From: Holdemanella sp. | GTDB lineage: Bacteria; Bacillota_I; Bacilli_A; RFN20; CAG-826 | Direction of reading: 5' to 3' | Assembly: GCA_963659395.1 (NCBI GenBank) | Contig: CAVKTU010000003.1 | Location: 1-25,087, forward strand | DNA length: 25,087 nt | Part shown: positions 8,512 through 16,020 of the stretch, piece by piece | Position numbering within the stretch: the first letter of the stretch is position 1 | Layout: each line of letters opens with the position of its first letter | Notes under the pieces: model-generated | Database searches by the model: none | Seen by the model: only the letters and a program-made list of their open reading frames with translations | Told to the model about the DNA's origin: nothing | Translations under genes and position numbers: made by a program

Positions 8512-10275
8512 TTATTCGATGACAAAATCGGTGAAAGTCGCCTGTGTCGCTTGGTTGTTTCCTCCATTAAAGAACCTTAGATTTATCATGAACTCGGTGG
8601 CATCTGGATGGTTTGTTTTTAACGTAGTTAGGTCAAAGGTCCATTCGGTGCCGGAATCGGAGATCGTTGGATTTCCGAAATCCCATCCGCCAGTCGATGA
8701 CCAACTGTTGTTTTCGTAATAAGCAACGTTGTGGAATATGGCCGCGGTAGCTCCTTCGTTTAATGTCACTTTGCAGGTGAATTTGCTTGAGCCAGCAGCT
8801 TTCAGGCTTTCGTAATCGTATTGGTTCATCAAATATGATCCACTGGCTTCGGGGCCGGTTATTTTGCTTTCGTCGCTGTCGCTATAAACGCCGCTATAAA
8901 CGCGGCCGTTCATTTTGGCATAGAAGGTTGCCTTCGCCACTTCGGCAGCGTCATCGCTTGTCACATAATTAATGTTGAAACATTCGACGCTTGTTAAACC
9001 ATCTTGTCCGCTCCAGGTGAACCTTGTCACTTCAGAGTCGCTAAGGTAATTGCCCACCTTATATGTGAGAACCGATCCGTTGGTTTGGCTGCAATATTTC
9101 ACATTGGTCAAATCGTAGTCTGCGCTTTTTTCTCCTTCGTCGGAGCAATGACGGACATACATCCATCCAGCCGTATTGGGTTTATAGGCCGCCACGACGT
9201 TTTTAACGCCGGCTATTCTCATCAAGGAGACTTGCAAACGGCTGAATAAATAGCCTTCCGTTTGAGTTGTGTAGGAGCTATAGTCCGTTTTAAGCTTGGC
9301 TAAAGCCGTTTCGGCTGTGTAATTGATTTTAGATGTGTCGGTTGTGACGTCTTCCGACAGGAGGGTGGCGTCGCTAACTTTAGTTGGATCGGCGTCCCAT
9401 GCTTTGTGGCAGTTTTCGCATTCATAGTGGCCGACATGGTATGTTCCGTCTTCGTTCGCGCCAACGGCGTGATAAGTTCCTACATGGCTTACGCCCAAGG
9501 AATCGTATTTCGCATAATATGTCGTTTCGCCTTCGATTGAGAAATCGGTGACGACTTCTCCACCTTCGGTCTTTGACCATCCTTTGAAGGAATAGGTGTC
9601 GTTATTTTCTTCGTATTGGGTGACAGAGATAGTGGGCATGGTCGGCGTTTTGCCATAATCGACCGTTTGGTCTTCGCCAACTTGCTCTCCGCGGTTTACG
9701 AATTTGACCGTATAACTTCTTAAGGTTTCCTTGTATATGGCCACAAAGGTTGTGTCGCCGGTTATTATCGGCAATTCCGTAAGAACGTCTTCTTTGCCTT
9801 GGAGGGCCCAACCTAGGAAGGTGTAGGTATATTGAGCGGTGGCCGCTTTCGTGGGCGCTTCGGGGGTAGAAGGTTTCTCGCCGTATTTGACGTTTTGGGA
9901 AGGAACCTCCGTCCCGCCATTGGAATCGAAAGTCACCTTTGGGGTTAATGGCGCGACATAGCGGTCATCCTCTTCGGTTAGCTCGCTGAAATAGGAAGTC
10001 TTGCTAAAATCCCCGCCCTCTTGAATGGTGCCTTTGGTTGGCTCCGTGAAGACGTGGGTACCTGGATCGCTGCAGCTGGCCCAGAATTCCTTTGAACCGT
10101 AACTGGTGAAGGTCGCTTCGACGGCCGCGTAATGCTTCCAAATGACGGCGTCCTCGTTGGTCTCGGTGAGGATGCCGACGGCGTTGCCGCCGCTTGCCAC
10201 GGCGATGGCGCCGATGCTGAAGGCGCCCAAAAGGGCGGCCGCGGATAGCAAGGCGATTCTTTTCTTTCTTGTCAT
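8512..10275 (-). CDS. Exported/surface protein with two InlB B-repeat (Listeria-Bacteroides repeat) domains and an unassigned C-terminal domain
   Basis: RBS AAGGAG. Signal/anchor MTRKKRIALLSAAALLGAFSIGAIAVA. Repeats VTFDSNGG...PTK...YTFLGW...ITGDTTFVAIY and YTVKFVN...YSFKGW...IEGETTYYAKY. His/Cys module HYECENCH. Confidence 0.8.
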   Translation of the reverse strand: MTRKKRIALLSAAALLGAFSIGAIAVASGGNAVGILTETNEDAVIWKHYAAVEATFTSYGSKEFWASCSDPGTHVFTEPTKGTIQEGGDFSKTSYFSELTEEDDRYVAPLTPKVTFDSNGGTEVPSQNVKYGEKPSTPEAPTKAATAQYTYTFLGWALQGKEDVLTELPIITGDTTFVAIYKETLRSYTVKFVNRGEQVGEDQTVDYGKTPTMPTISVTQYEENNDTYSFKGWSKTEGGEVVTDFSIEGETTYYAKYDSLGVSHVGTYHAVGANEDGTYHVGHYECENCHKAWDADPTKVSDATLLSEDVTTDTSKINYTAETALAKLKTDYSSYTTQTEGYLFSRLQVSLMRIAGVKNVVAAYKPNTAGWMYVRHCSDEGEKSADYDLTNVKYCSQTNGSVLTYKVGNYLSDSEVTRFTWSGQDGLTSVECFNINYVTSDDAAEVAKATFYAKMNGRVYSGVYSDSDESKITGPEASGSYLMNQYDYESLKAAGSSKFTCKVTLNEGATAAIFHNVAYYENNSWSSTGGWDFGNPTISDSGTEWTFDLTTLKTNHPDATEFMINLRFFNGGNNQATQATFTDFVIE

Positions 10276-10340
10276 TGTTTTCTCCTTTTGAATGATAGTT
10301 TGTTATTGGGGAACGCTATCGAAGGTGAAGATGTACTTGG

Positions 10341-10455
10341 TTACGTGCGGATTGATCCTATTTGGCTAGTCGATGCGCCATCTGTCGGGTCGCAAGACGT
10401 AAGCTTAAAAGCCAGGATGCCGCTAGTACCAATAATGCATGTTTTCTTCGTCGAT
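10341..10455 (-). pseudogene. Possible lipoprotein gene remnant (signal peptide and lipobox only)
   Basis: RBS AGGAG (10462-10466), a 6-nt spacer, then ATCG instead of ATG, followed by TKKTCIIGTSGILAFKLTSCDPTDGASTSQIGSIRT*. This contains a basic N-region and the lipobox LTSC. Confidence 0.35.
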
Positions 10456-10500
10456 AATGCGCTCCTTTTATGTAACTATAGGAAGTTTTCGGCAAAATTA

Positions 10501-10514
10501 GTAAAGCGCTTACA
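10501..10514. promoter_or_regulatory. cre / LacI-family operator-like site
   Basis: GTAAAGCGCTTACA, a 12/14 match to TGWNANCGNTNWCA. It lies in the -35 region of a minus-strand -10 TATAGT (10475-10480) upstream of the secreted-protein gene. Confidence 0.55.
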
Positions 10515-10596
10515 TTAATGTCGGATTATCGCAATTTGGCGTTGCAAAAACGCACAAGCGATTGTCTCGATTATCCTTTTCTGAAAGAACTGGCGA

Positions 10597-11511
10597 CTAT
10601 TTGTCGGGCCATGCGTTCTTGAGGTAGTGGTCAATTTTCTCTTTGGCTTCGGACTCGTCCTTGCTATCTTCGTTGAAATATTTCTGACGGTATTTGCCTG
10701 GCGAGCAATTGTAGTGCTTCTTGAATAAGGAATTGAAGTAGCTAAAGGAGGAAAAGCCTAAATTGTTAGCGATTTCCGAAGCGCTGAGATTGGAATAAAT
10801 CAATAAATCCCTCGCGTAGCTCATCTTTTTATCCGTCACGTAATCAAGTAAGGTCTCGCCCGTTTCCTTTTTGAAGATTCTGGATAGATGGGCATGGGAG
10901 AAGCCCGATTCCTTGACGACGTCATTAACCGTCCAATCGATGTTTTGCGGCTCATCCATCTGAATTAGGAGCTTGTTAAGCCAATTGGGTTTGCTTGAGA
11001 AGCTATTCTTATTTGAAACGGCCGTATAGGCATTATCTAAGACCTCTATTATGAGAAAGGATTTGATGGTCTCAACGCGCGGCTGCTCTTCGCTCGTTTT
11101 GATGGTTCTTAGTTCATTCGTTATCTTATCGATGGCGACGTTCGATAAAGGGAAGGAGATTGGCGTGTTTTTGGATAGGTATTCGAAAAGATCGGGGGAG
11201 ATTTGCTCGCAGGCCTTCTTCATGAGATCGACGGCGATCATGATATCGAGGTGGCTGGCGGAAGGGGAGGAATCCTTTAACGAATGGAAATCGCCGGGCT
11301 TTAGTAAGATGGCGTCCCCTTTAATCAGCGTCTCCTGCCTTCCGTTGATTTTATGTTCATATGATCCCATCGTGCAGACGCTAAATTCCCAGAAATCGTG
11401 ATCATGGTAATAAACGTAATCCCTGCTGGCGAAATGAAAGCTCATCCGTCCATATTTGCGATCGATGAGTTTATCGAAGTAGAATGTCCCCATAGTGTGT
11501 TTTTGTAACAT
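10597..11511 (-). CDS. AraC-family transcriptional regulator (cupin plus double HTH; ChbR/RhaS-like)
   Basis: Cupin motifs YHDHDFWEF and LLKPGDFHSL. HTH region SGFSHAHLSRIFKKETGET...LLIYSNLSASEIANNLGFSSFSYFNSLFKKHYNCSPGKYR. Start uncertain (11514 TTG, 11511 ATG or 11493 ATG). Confidence 0.92.
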   Translation of the reverse strand: MLQKHTMGTFYFDKLIDRKYGRMSFHFASRDYVYYHDHDFWEFSVCTMGSYEHKINGRQETLIKGDAILLKPGDFHSLKDSSPSASHLDIMIAVDLMKKACEQISPDLFEYLSKNTPISFPLSNVAIDKITNELRTIKTSEEQPRVETIKSFLIIEVLDNAYTAVSNKNSFSSKPNWLNKLLIQMDEPQNIDWTVNDVVKESGFSHAHLSRIFKKETGETLLDYVTDKKMSYARDLLIYSNLSASEIANNLGFSSFSYFNSLFKKHYNCSPGKYRQKYFNEDSKDESEAKEKIDHYLKNAWPDK

Positions 11512-11554
11512 CAAATCAAACGATTGATGTATTTTGTTTTGTTTCTCCTTCTTT

Positions 11555-11583
11555 TTTATAACATTCTATGTTTGCTTATTCAA
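11555..11583 (-). promoter_or_regulatory. SigA-like promoter of the AraC gene
   Basis: TTGAAT-17 bp-TATAAA with an extended -10 TG. Confidence 0.55.
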
Positions 11584-11631
11584 GAAGCCAATTGCCCGCT
11601 ATCGAGTTTGAAACGACCTAGAACTACCTCT

Positions 11632-11659
11632 TTGCCTATGGTTTCATAAAGGCTAAAAT
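11632..11659 (+). promoter_or_regulatory. SigA-like promoter of the ABC ATPase gene (predicted leaderless transcript)
   Basis: TTGCCT-16 bp-TAAAAT. ATG 11666 follows after 6 nt with no SD. Confidence 0.45.
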
Positions 11660-11665
11660 TCCGAT

Positions 11666-12412
11666 ATGATCGAATTCCAGGACGTCAGCGTTTATTACGA
11701 AGAGAAAAACGGCAAACTGTTTGCGGCCCTCTCTTCCTTCTCGGCGCAGTTTCTAGAAGGGGAGACGACGGTTATCTTAGGCGAATCGGGATCGGGGAAA
11801 ACGACATTGCTTAAAGCTCTTATCGATGGGGTTTTATACAATGGTGAAATCATGATTAATGGCGTTCCCTTGCGCAAAATGCCCTTAGGGAAAAGGGATA
11901 TCTCCTACGTCAGCCAAGAATTCGATCTGTATCCCAAGATGACGGTCTTCGAAAATATATCCTTCCCTTTGCTCATCCAAAAATTAAGCAAAGACGAAAT
12001 CCGAAGAAGGACGTATGAGATGATTTCCTTTCTCGATTTAGTCCCTTATCTTAGCCGTCAGCCCCGTTATTTATCGGTCGGACAAAGGCAAAAGGTCGCT
12101 TTGGGGAAGGCGCTAATCCGCGATAGCGGAATCTACCTTTTCGATGAGCCGTTTTCGAATTTGGACAAAAGGGCCGCCGAAGAGTTGCTATCATATTTAA
12201 AAGCCTGGTTCGAGGAAAAGAAGAAAACGGTTCTTTTCGTCACCCATTCGGAGAAAGAGGCTCTCTATATCGCCAAAAAGATCATGATACTAGAAAAAGG
12301 AAAAACGATTTTCGTTGGCACGCCAAGCGAGGCTTTATCTTCCTTAAGCCGCGCCGTTAGAGCCTATTTCCCCGATGAAAGCGTAATCAAAGGAGATGGC
12401 GGTCGCCTATAA
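11666..12412 (+). CDS. ABC transporter ATP-binding protein (MalK/PotA-like core, no C-terminal TOBE domain)
   Basis: Walker A GESGSGKT, Q-loop YVSQ, LYPKMTVFENI, signature LSVGQRQ, Walker B/D-loop YLFDEPFSNLD and H-loop FVTHS. 248 aa. Confidence 0.92.
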   Translation: MIEFQDVSVYYEEKNGKLFAALSSFSAQFLEGETTVILGESGSGKTTLLKALIDGVLYNGEIMINGVPLRKMPLGKRDISYVSQEFDLYPKMTVFENISFPLLIQKLSKDEIRRRTYEMISFLDLVPYLSRQPRYLSVGQRQKVALGKALIRDSGIYLFDEPFSNLDKRAAEELLSYLKAWFEEKKKTVLFVTHSEKEALYIAKKIMILEKGKTIFVGTPSEALSSLSRAVRAYFPDESVIKGDGGRL

Positions 12413-12420
12413 TTGCTTAG

Positions 12421-13299
12421 ATGAAGAAAAAGACAGAGTCCATAAACATTTACGGTTCATTGCCGCCGACGAGGAAGAGCGAATTCTTCGATATCGTCAA
12501 AAACCGTTTCGCTTTTCTTCTAAGAATCGGCCTTGTTTTGCTTCTATCTTTTTTGCCGTTGCTCGTCGTTTTTTATTTTAAGAACCGTTTCTCCATCTTG
12601 GCCCTTGCCTCGATGCAAGAGGAAGGGGCCGATATCGCCTCCATTCGATTAGGCTATTCCTTGATGAGCCTCTTGTTTTTAGGTTTCGACATCCTTTCTT
12701 ATCTATTCGTTTTCCTTGGTTTGGCCGGGTCGATGAAAATCATCAAGCTATTGGCCTATCAAGAGCCGCCATTTTTCTGGAGCGACTTCTTTTCGGGAAT
12801 CAAGGAGAATTGGGGGCAATCGCTCTTGCTTTCTTTGTTTTTCTCATTTCCCGTTTCCATCGCCGATTGCTCCCTTTCCTTAGCGAGGATCGCGGAGATG
12901 GAAGCCTTATCTTATTTGGCGTATGCCGCTATCGGGGTGCTGTTTTTCATTTTGTTTCCCGCTTTGCTTATCGCCATGTCGATGAATGCCGTCTATAAAA
13001 ATTCCTTCGGGACGAATCTAAAAGGGGGCTTTCAATTATCCCTAGCTCATTATTGGCCTTACGCATGCTTTTCCTTGCTTGCTTTAGCGGTTTTCGCCGG
13101 CATTGAAGCGATGAACGTCTTCGTTTCGATATGGGTGGATTTAGGGACTTATGTCCTGATAATCGTCCTGTTATTGCCTTTCTATCTATTGGCCTCCCAT
13201 TTATATTCCCTTTATCTTTTCGATTCGCATATAAATAAGGATTATCCCGAAATATGCCAAAAAGGCCTCGCATCCTATTACTTAAGAAAGGAAGAATAA
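12421..13299 (+). CDS. Integral membrane protein, YesL/DUF624-like
   Basis: About 6 TM segments. The motifs FFWSDFFSGIKENWGQSLL and YKNSFGTNLKGGFQLS resemble YesL-family proteins that accompany sugar ABC importers. Starts 8 bp after the ATPase stop. Confidence 0.7.
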   Translation: MKKKTESINIYGSLPPTRKSEFFDIVKNRFAFLLRIGLVLLLSFLPLLVVFYFKNRFSILALASMQEEGADIASIRLGYSLMSLLFLGFDILSYLFVFLGLAGSMKIIKLLAYQEPPFFWSDFFSGIKENWGQSLLLSLFFSFPVSIADCSLSLARIAEMEALSYLAYAAIGVLFFILFPALLIAMSMNAVYKNSFGTNLKGGFQLSLAHYWPYACFSLLALAVFAGIEAMNVFVSIWVDLGTYVLIIVLLLPFYLLASHLYSLYLFDSHINKDYPEICQKGLASYYLRKEE

Positions 13300-13302
13300 A
13301 CA

Positions 13303-13330
13303 AAAAGGCCCCCGATTTAAGGAGCCTTTT
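13303..13330. terminator. Bidirectional Rho-independent terminator between convergent operons
   Basis: AAAAGGC-C-CC...GG-A-GCCTTTT hairpin with A/T tracts on both sides, between the stops at 13299 and 13348. Confidence 0.75.
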
Positions 13331-13347
13331 GAACTAAGTTACGCCGA

Positions 13348-15126
13348 TTAGGCGTCGATGATGGTTATGCCGTCGGGACTTAAATCCCCGCTAGTGAAGA
13401 CGGGAACGCCGGCTTTTTTGCGGATAACGACGTTTTCATAGGAATTCGGGAAGTCGTTTTTAGTATTTTCTCCCGCTAAAGCCGTATTGGATGTGCTGGC
13501 GATATCCTTCATATCGACATAGACGTTTTTGAGTTGAGTGTGGGATTGGAACACGCCGGCGAAAACGCTTGGGTTCCCTCCTAAAGAACTTAATCCTGCT
13601 TTAATATAGATGGCGACGTTTTCGATCAGGGCATTGTTTGTGGTTTCCCATCCGATGAGATAACCGGTGTTAAGATCGGTGAAAGTTATGTCCTTTAAAA
13701 CAGCAGAACTCATTCTTCCGAAGACACCGTATCCATAAATTTGCGCATTGTCAATGGTATGCCCGGCTCCGTCGAAGGTGCCACTGAAGTAATTGAGGCC
13801 ATTGCTATTGGAATAGAAATTCTTTAAATCCGCCCCAAGCACGGCGTACATATGCAAGTCTTCGTCACCATCGGCATCAACGGCGGAGATGAATGAGGTT
13901 AGATCGTCATTTGATTTGATGATTCTATCGACGGCTTTGGCGAGGAAATGGACCTCTTGCCCATCGAGCGTCGTCTTTAGCATCAAGGTGTCGCCACGTT
14001 TTAAAGATGAATAATCTGGCGCCGCTCCGGTGTTATTATCCGTAATAACGCACGTGGAATCGAATTTATCCTTATATCCGCCGCCGATGTCGCTCGAATC
14101 GACTTGTTTGGTGGCGAGGTTATAGTAATAGTGGGTCAAAGCGAGCTCTCCGCAAGAGCAAACATCGCCTTGCTCTGGGCTATAAGAGTACTGATGGATG
14201 ACATTGACCTTGTGACTCACTTTTACTTCGTCGAAGTCGTTGGTGGCGGCCAAAGACGCCGTTAGGGTGTAGGGGCTATTATCCTCTTCCAGGTTTTTAT
14301 ATTGGCTTTGGCTCACTTCGTTATCGTCTTTATCCGTTAACGTGAAGGAGACCTCGCCAAAATCGGAAGTTATCGAACTTAAATTCAAATCGCCATGGCA
14401 AACGATTTCCTTGTCGGCGAAAGGGGTGATCGTGGCAGTGGCCTTATTTACGGTGATATCGCTGATTTCCAGGCTTAAGGAATAATAATGCAGAGTGACT
14501 TTATTATCCCCATAATGGAATTCGTTCGCCCCGTTTTCATAGGTGAAGCTAAGCTCGCTGGTGTCAATATCGACATGGTCGCCTCTTGAGCAGATTCCGG
14601 TTACCTTTAGCCCGCTAGGATCGAAGGTCTCGAGGGCTTGATAAGTCTTTTTAGTCGGCTCATTGACGACAGAGAAAGAGGTTAGATCATGTCCAAGCGG
14701 CAAGCCATAAGAATAGGTTTCGTCACCTTTTTCGCCGCAAGAGCAGGCGTAATAATATTTAGCCGGATCGACGCAAGTGGGCTCGGAGGCGCGATATGCG
14801 TCGCTAATGATCTTCTCGTTATAGGTATGGTCTGACGTCTTTTCGATGACGGTTTCCTTTTTGTAGCCGCAATCGAGGCAGAGATATTCTTTGACCCCCT
14901 CTTTCGAATGCGTGGCGGGGGTGGTCACGGTGCCTTCGTCGAATTCGTGGGATCCGCTTTCGACGTGGCCTTCGTTACCCTCTAAGCAGGTATAGCATGT
15001 CCTTATGTGCGTATTGGCGTCGATGCTGACCCAGGGCCCATAGACGTGATTATGGGTGGAAGCAGGCGCGCAAGAGGTCATTAAGGCCAAGCTGATGAGG
15101 GTGGTTGCAAAATGCTTTCTTTTCAT
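13348..15126 (-). CDS. Lipoprotein with Cys/His-rich repeats, bacterial Ig-like domain(s) and a C-terminal GLUG/beta-helix-like domain
   Basis: Lipobox LMTSC and RBS AAGGAG. Modules HIRTCYTC, PATHSKEGVKEYLCLDCG and PTCVDPAKYYYACSCG. Ig-like motif PTKKTYQALETFDPSGLKVT. The motif FSGTFDGAGHTIDN opens a beta-helix-like region. Confidence 0.75.
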   Translation of the reverse strand: MKRKHFATTLISLALMTSCAPASTHNHVYGPWVSIDANTHIRTCYTCLEGNEGHVESGSHEFDEGTVTTPATHSKEGVKEYLCLDCGYKKETVIEKTSDHTYNEKIISDAYRASEPTCVDPAKYYYACSCGEKGDETYSYGLPLGHDLTSFSVVNEPTKKTYQALETFDPSGLKVTGICSRGDHVDIDTSELSFTYENGANEFHYGDNKVTLHYYSLSLEISDITVNKATATITPFADKEIVCHGDLNLSSITSDFGEVSFTLTDKDDNEVSQSQYKNLEEDNSPYTLTASLAATNDFDEVKVSHKVNVIHQYSYSPEQGDVCSCGELALTHYYYNLATKQVDSSDIGGGYKDKFDSTCVITDNNTGAAPDYSSLKRGDTLMLKTTLDGQEVHFLAKAVDRIIKSNDDLTSFISAVDADGDEDLHMYAVLGADLKNFYSNSNGLNYFSGTFDGAGHTIDNAQIYGYGVFGRMSSAVLKDITFTDLNTGYLIGWETTNNALIENVAIYIKAGLSSLGGNPSVFAGVFQSHTQLKNVYVDMKDIASTSNTALAGENTKNDFPNSYENVVIRKKAGVPVFTSGDLSPDGITIIDA

Positions 15127-15138
15127 TTCTTTGCTCCT

Positions 15139-16008
15139 TTAAGCAATGACGAATCTTATTTTCAAGGTGGCGGCGTTTCGGTAATTGCCATAGGCGTAAG
15201 CCTCGCCGCTATGGATCGCTTTGATCACGCCGTCTTCGACTTTGAGAAGGTCGGTGTTCGACGAAGAATATAGGAGATAAGCGCTTTCGTCTATCTTCCC
15301 ATTGACCGAAACCTCCACGTTCGGAATGAAATCCATTCCCGCGTTAAGGCGCACATAGTAGCCCCCTTCTTCGGGAGAGGCGTTTAAGACATTGAAATAA
15401 ATGTCGTTTTCGACGATTTTGACGAGACAAGACGAAGTGGCTGTTTGCCCATAATAGTCATAGCTAGCGAAGATTCGCGTCTCGCCTTCGTTAAGGGCGT
15501 TTATGGTAACTTCGTTGCCTTGGGTATCTAAACTTAACAAGGTTTTATCCTCAACCGACCACGTTACCATCGCCCCTTCGATGGTTTTGCCTCGATTGAT
15601 TACCATGGCCGTTAATTCGCTCTTGTCACCGACATAAAGGTTCAAGTCGGTTTGGGATAATTTGATGGTCGGGAAGGAGAAGGAGTCATAGACGGTGATT
15701 TCGCATTGCGAAGATAAATCGCCAAATGAGGCGGAGATCGTCGCGCTCCCCACCGATAAGGAACTTAAAACGCCGCGACTAGATACGGTGACGACGTTTT
15801 CGTTAGAGGAAGACCAGGTGACGATTTGCTCTAAATCCGCATTGGCTATATGCAAATCCATCGTGTCATGCAAATCCATTGCGTAGACCGATTCGGCGAA
15901 ACGGATGTCGCTAGAAGAATATGTGATTTCTTCTATGCTTCCTCCTTGGCAAGAAGCAAGGGCGCAAACGGATAGACCCAACAAGATTTTTACGTTCTTC
16001 TTTTTCAT
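15139..16008 (-). CDS. Lipoprotein with three bacterial Ig-like (Big_2) domains
   Basis: Lipobox LASC and RBS AAGGAGG. Repeats VTWSSSNENVVTVSSRGVL..GSATISA, VTWSVEDKTLL..ALNEGETRI and YSSSNTDLLKVEDGVIKA. Confidence 0.85.
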   Translation of the reverse strand: MKKKNVKILLGLSVCALASCQGGSIEEITYSSSDIRFAESVYAMDLHDTMDLHIANADLEQIVTWSSSNENVVTVSSRGVLSSLSVGSATISASFGDLSSQCEITVYDSFSFPTIKLSQTDLNLYVGDKSELTAMVINRGKTIEGAMVTWSVEDKTLLSLDTQGNEVTINALNEGETRIFASYDYYGQTATSSCLVKIVENDIYFNVLNASPEEGGYYVRLNAGMDFIPNVEVSVNGKIDESAYLLYSSSNTDLLKVEDGVIKAIHSGEAYAYGNYRNAATLKIRFVIA

Positions 16009-16020
16009 GGTTACCTCCTT

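Noticed and set aside
10276..10343. Possible read-through fusion of the lipoprotein remnant into the B-repeat gene
   Set aside because: The frames differ (176 nt offset), and the remnant frame hits TGA at the downstream start.
10288..10518. 76-aa plus-strand intergenic ORF
   Set aside because: TTG start without RBS, overlapping the minus-strand RBS, promoter and cre-like site; the minus-strand signals explain the region better.
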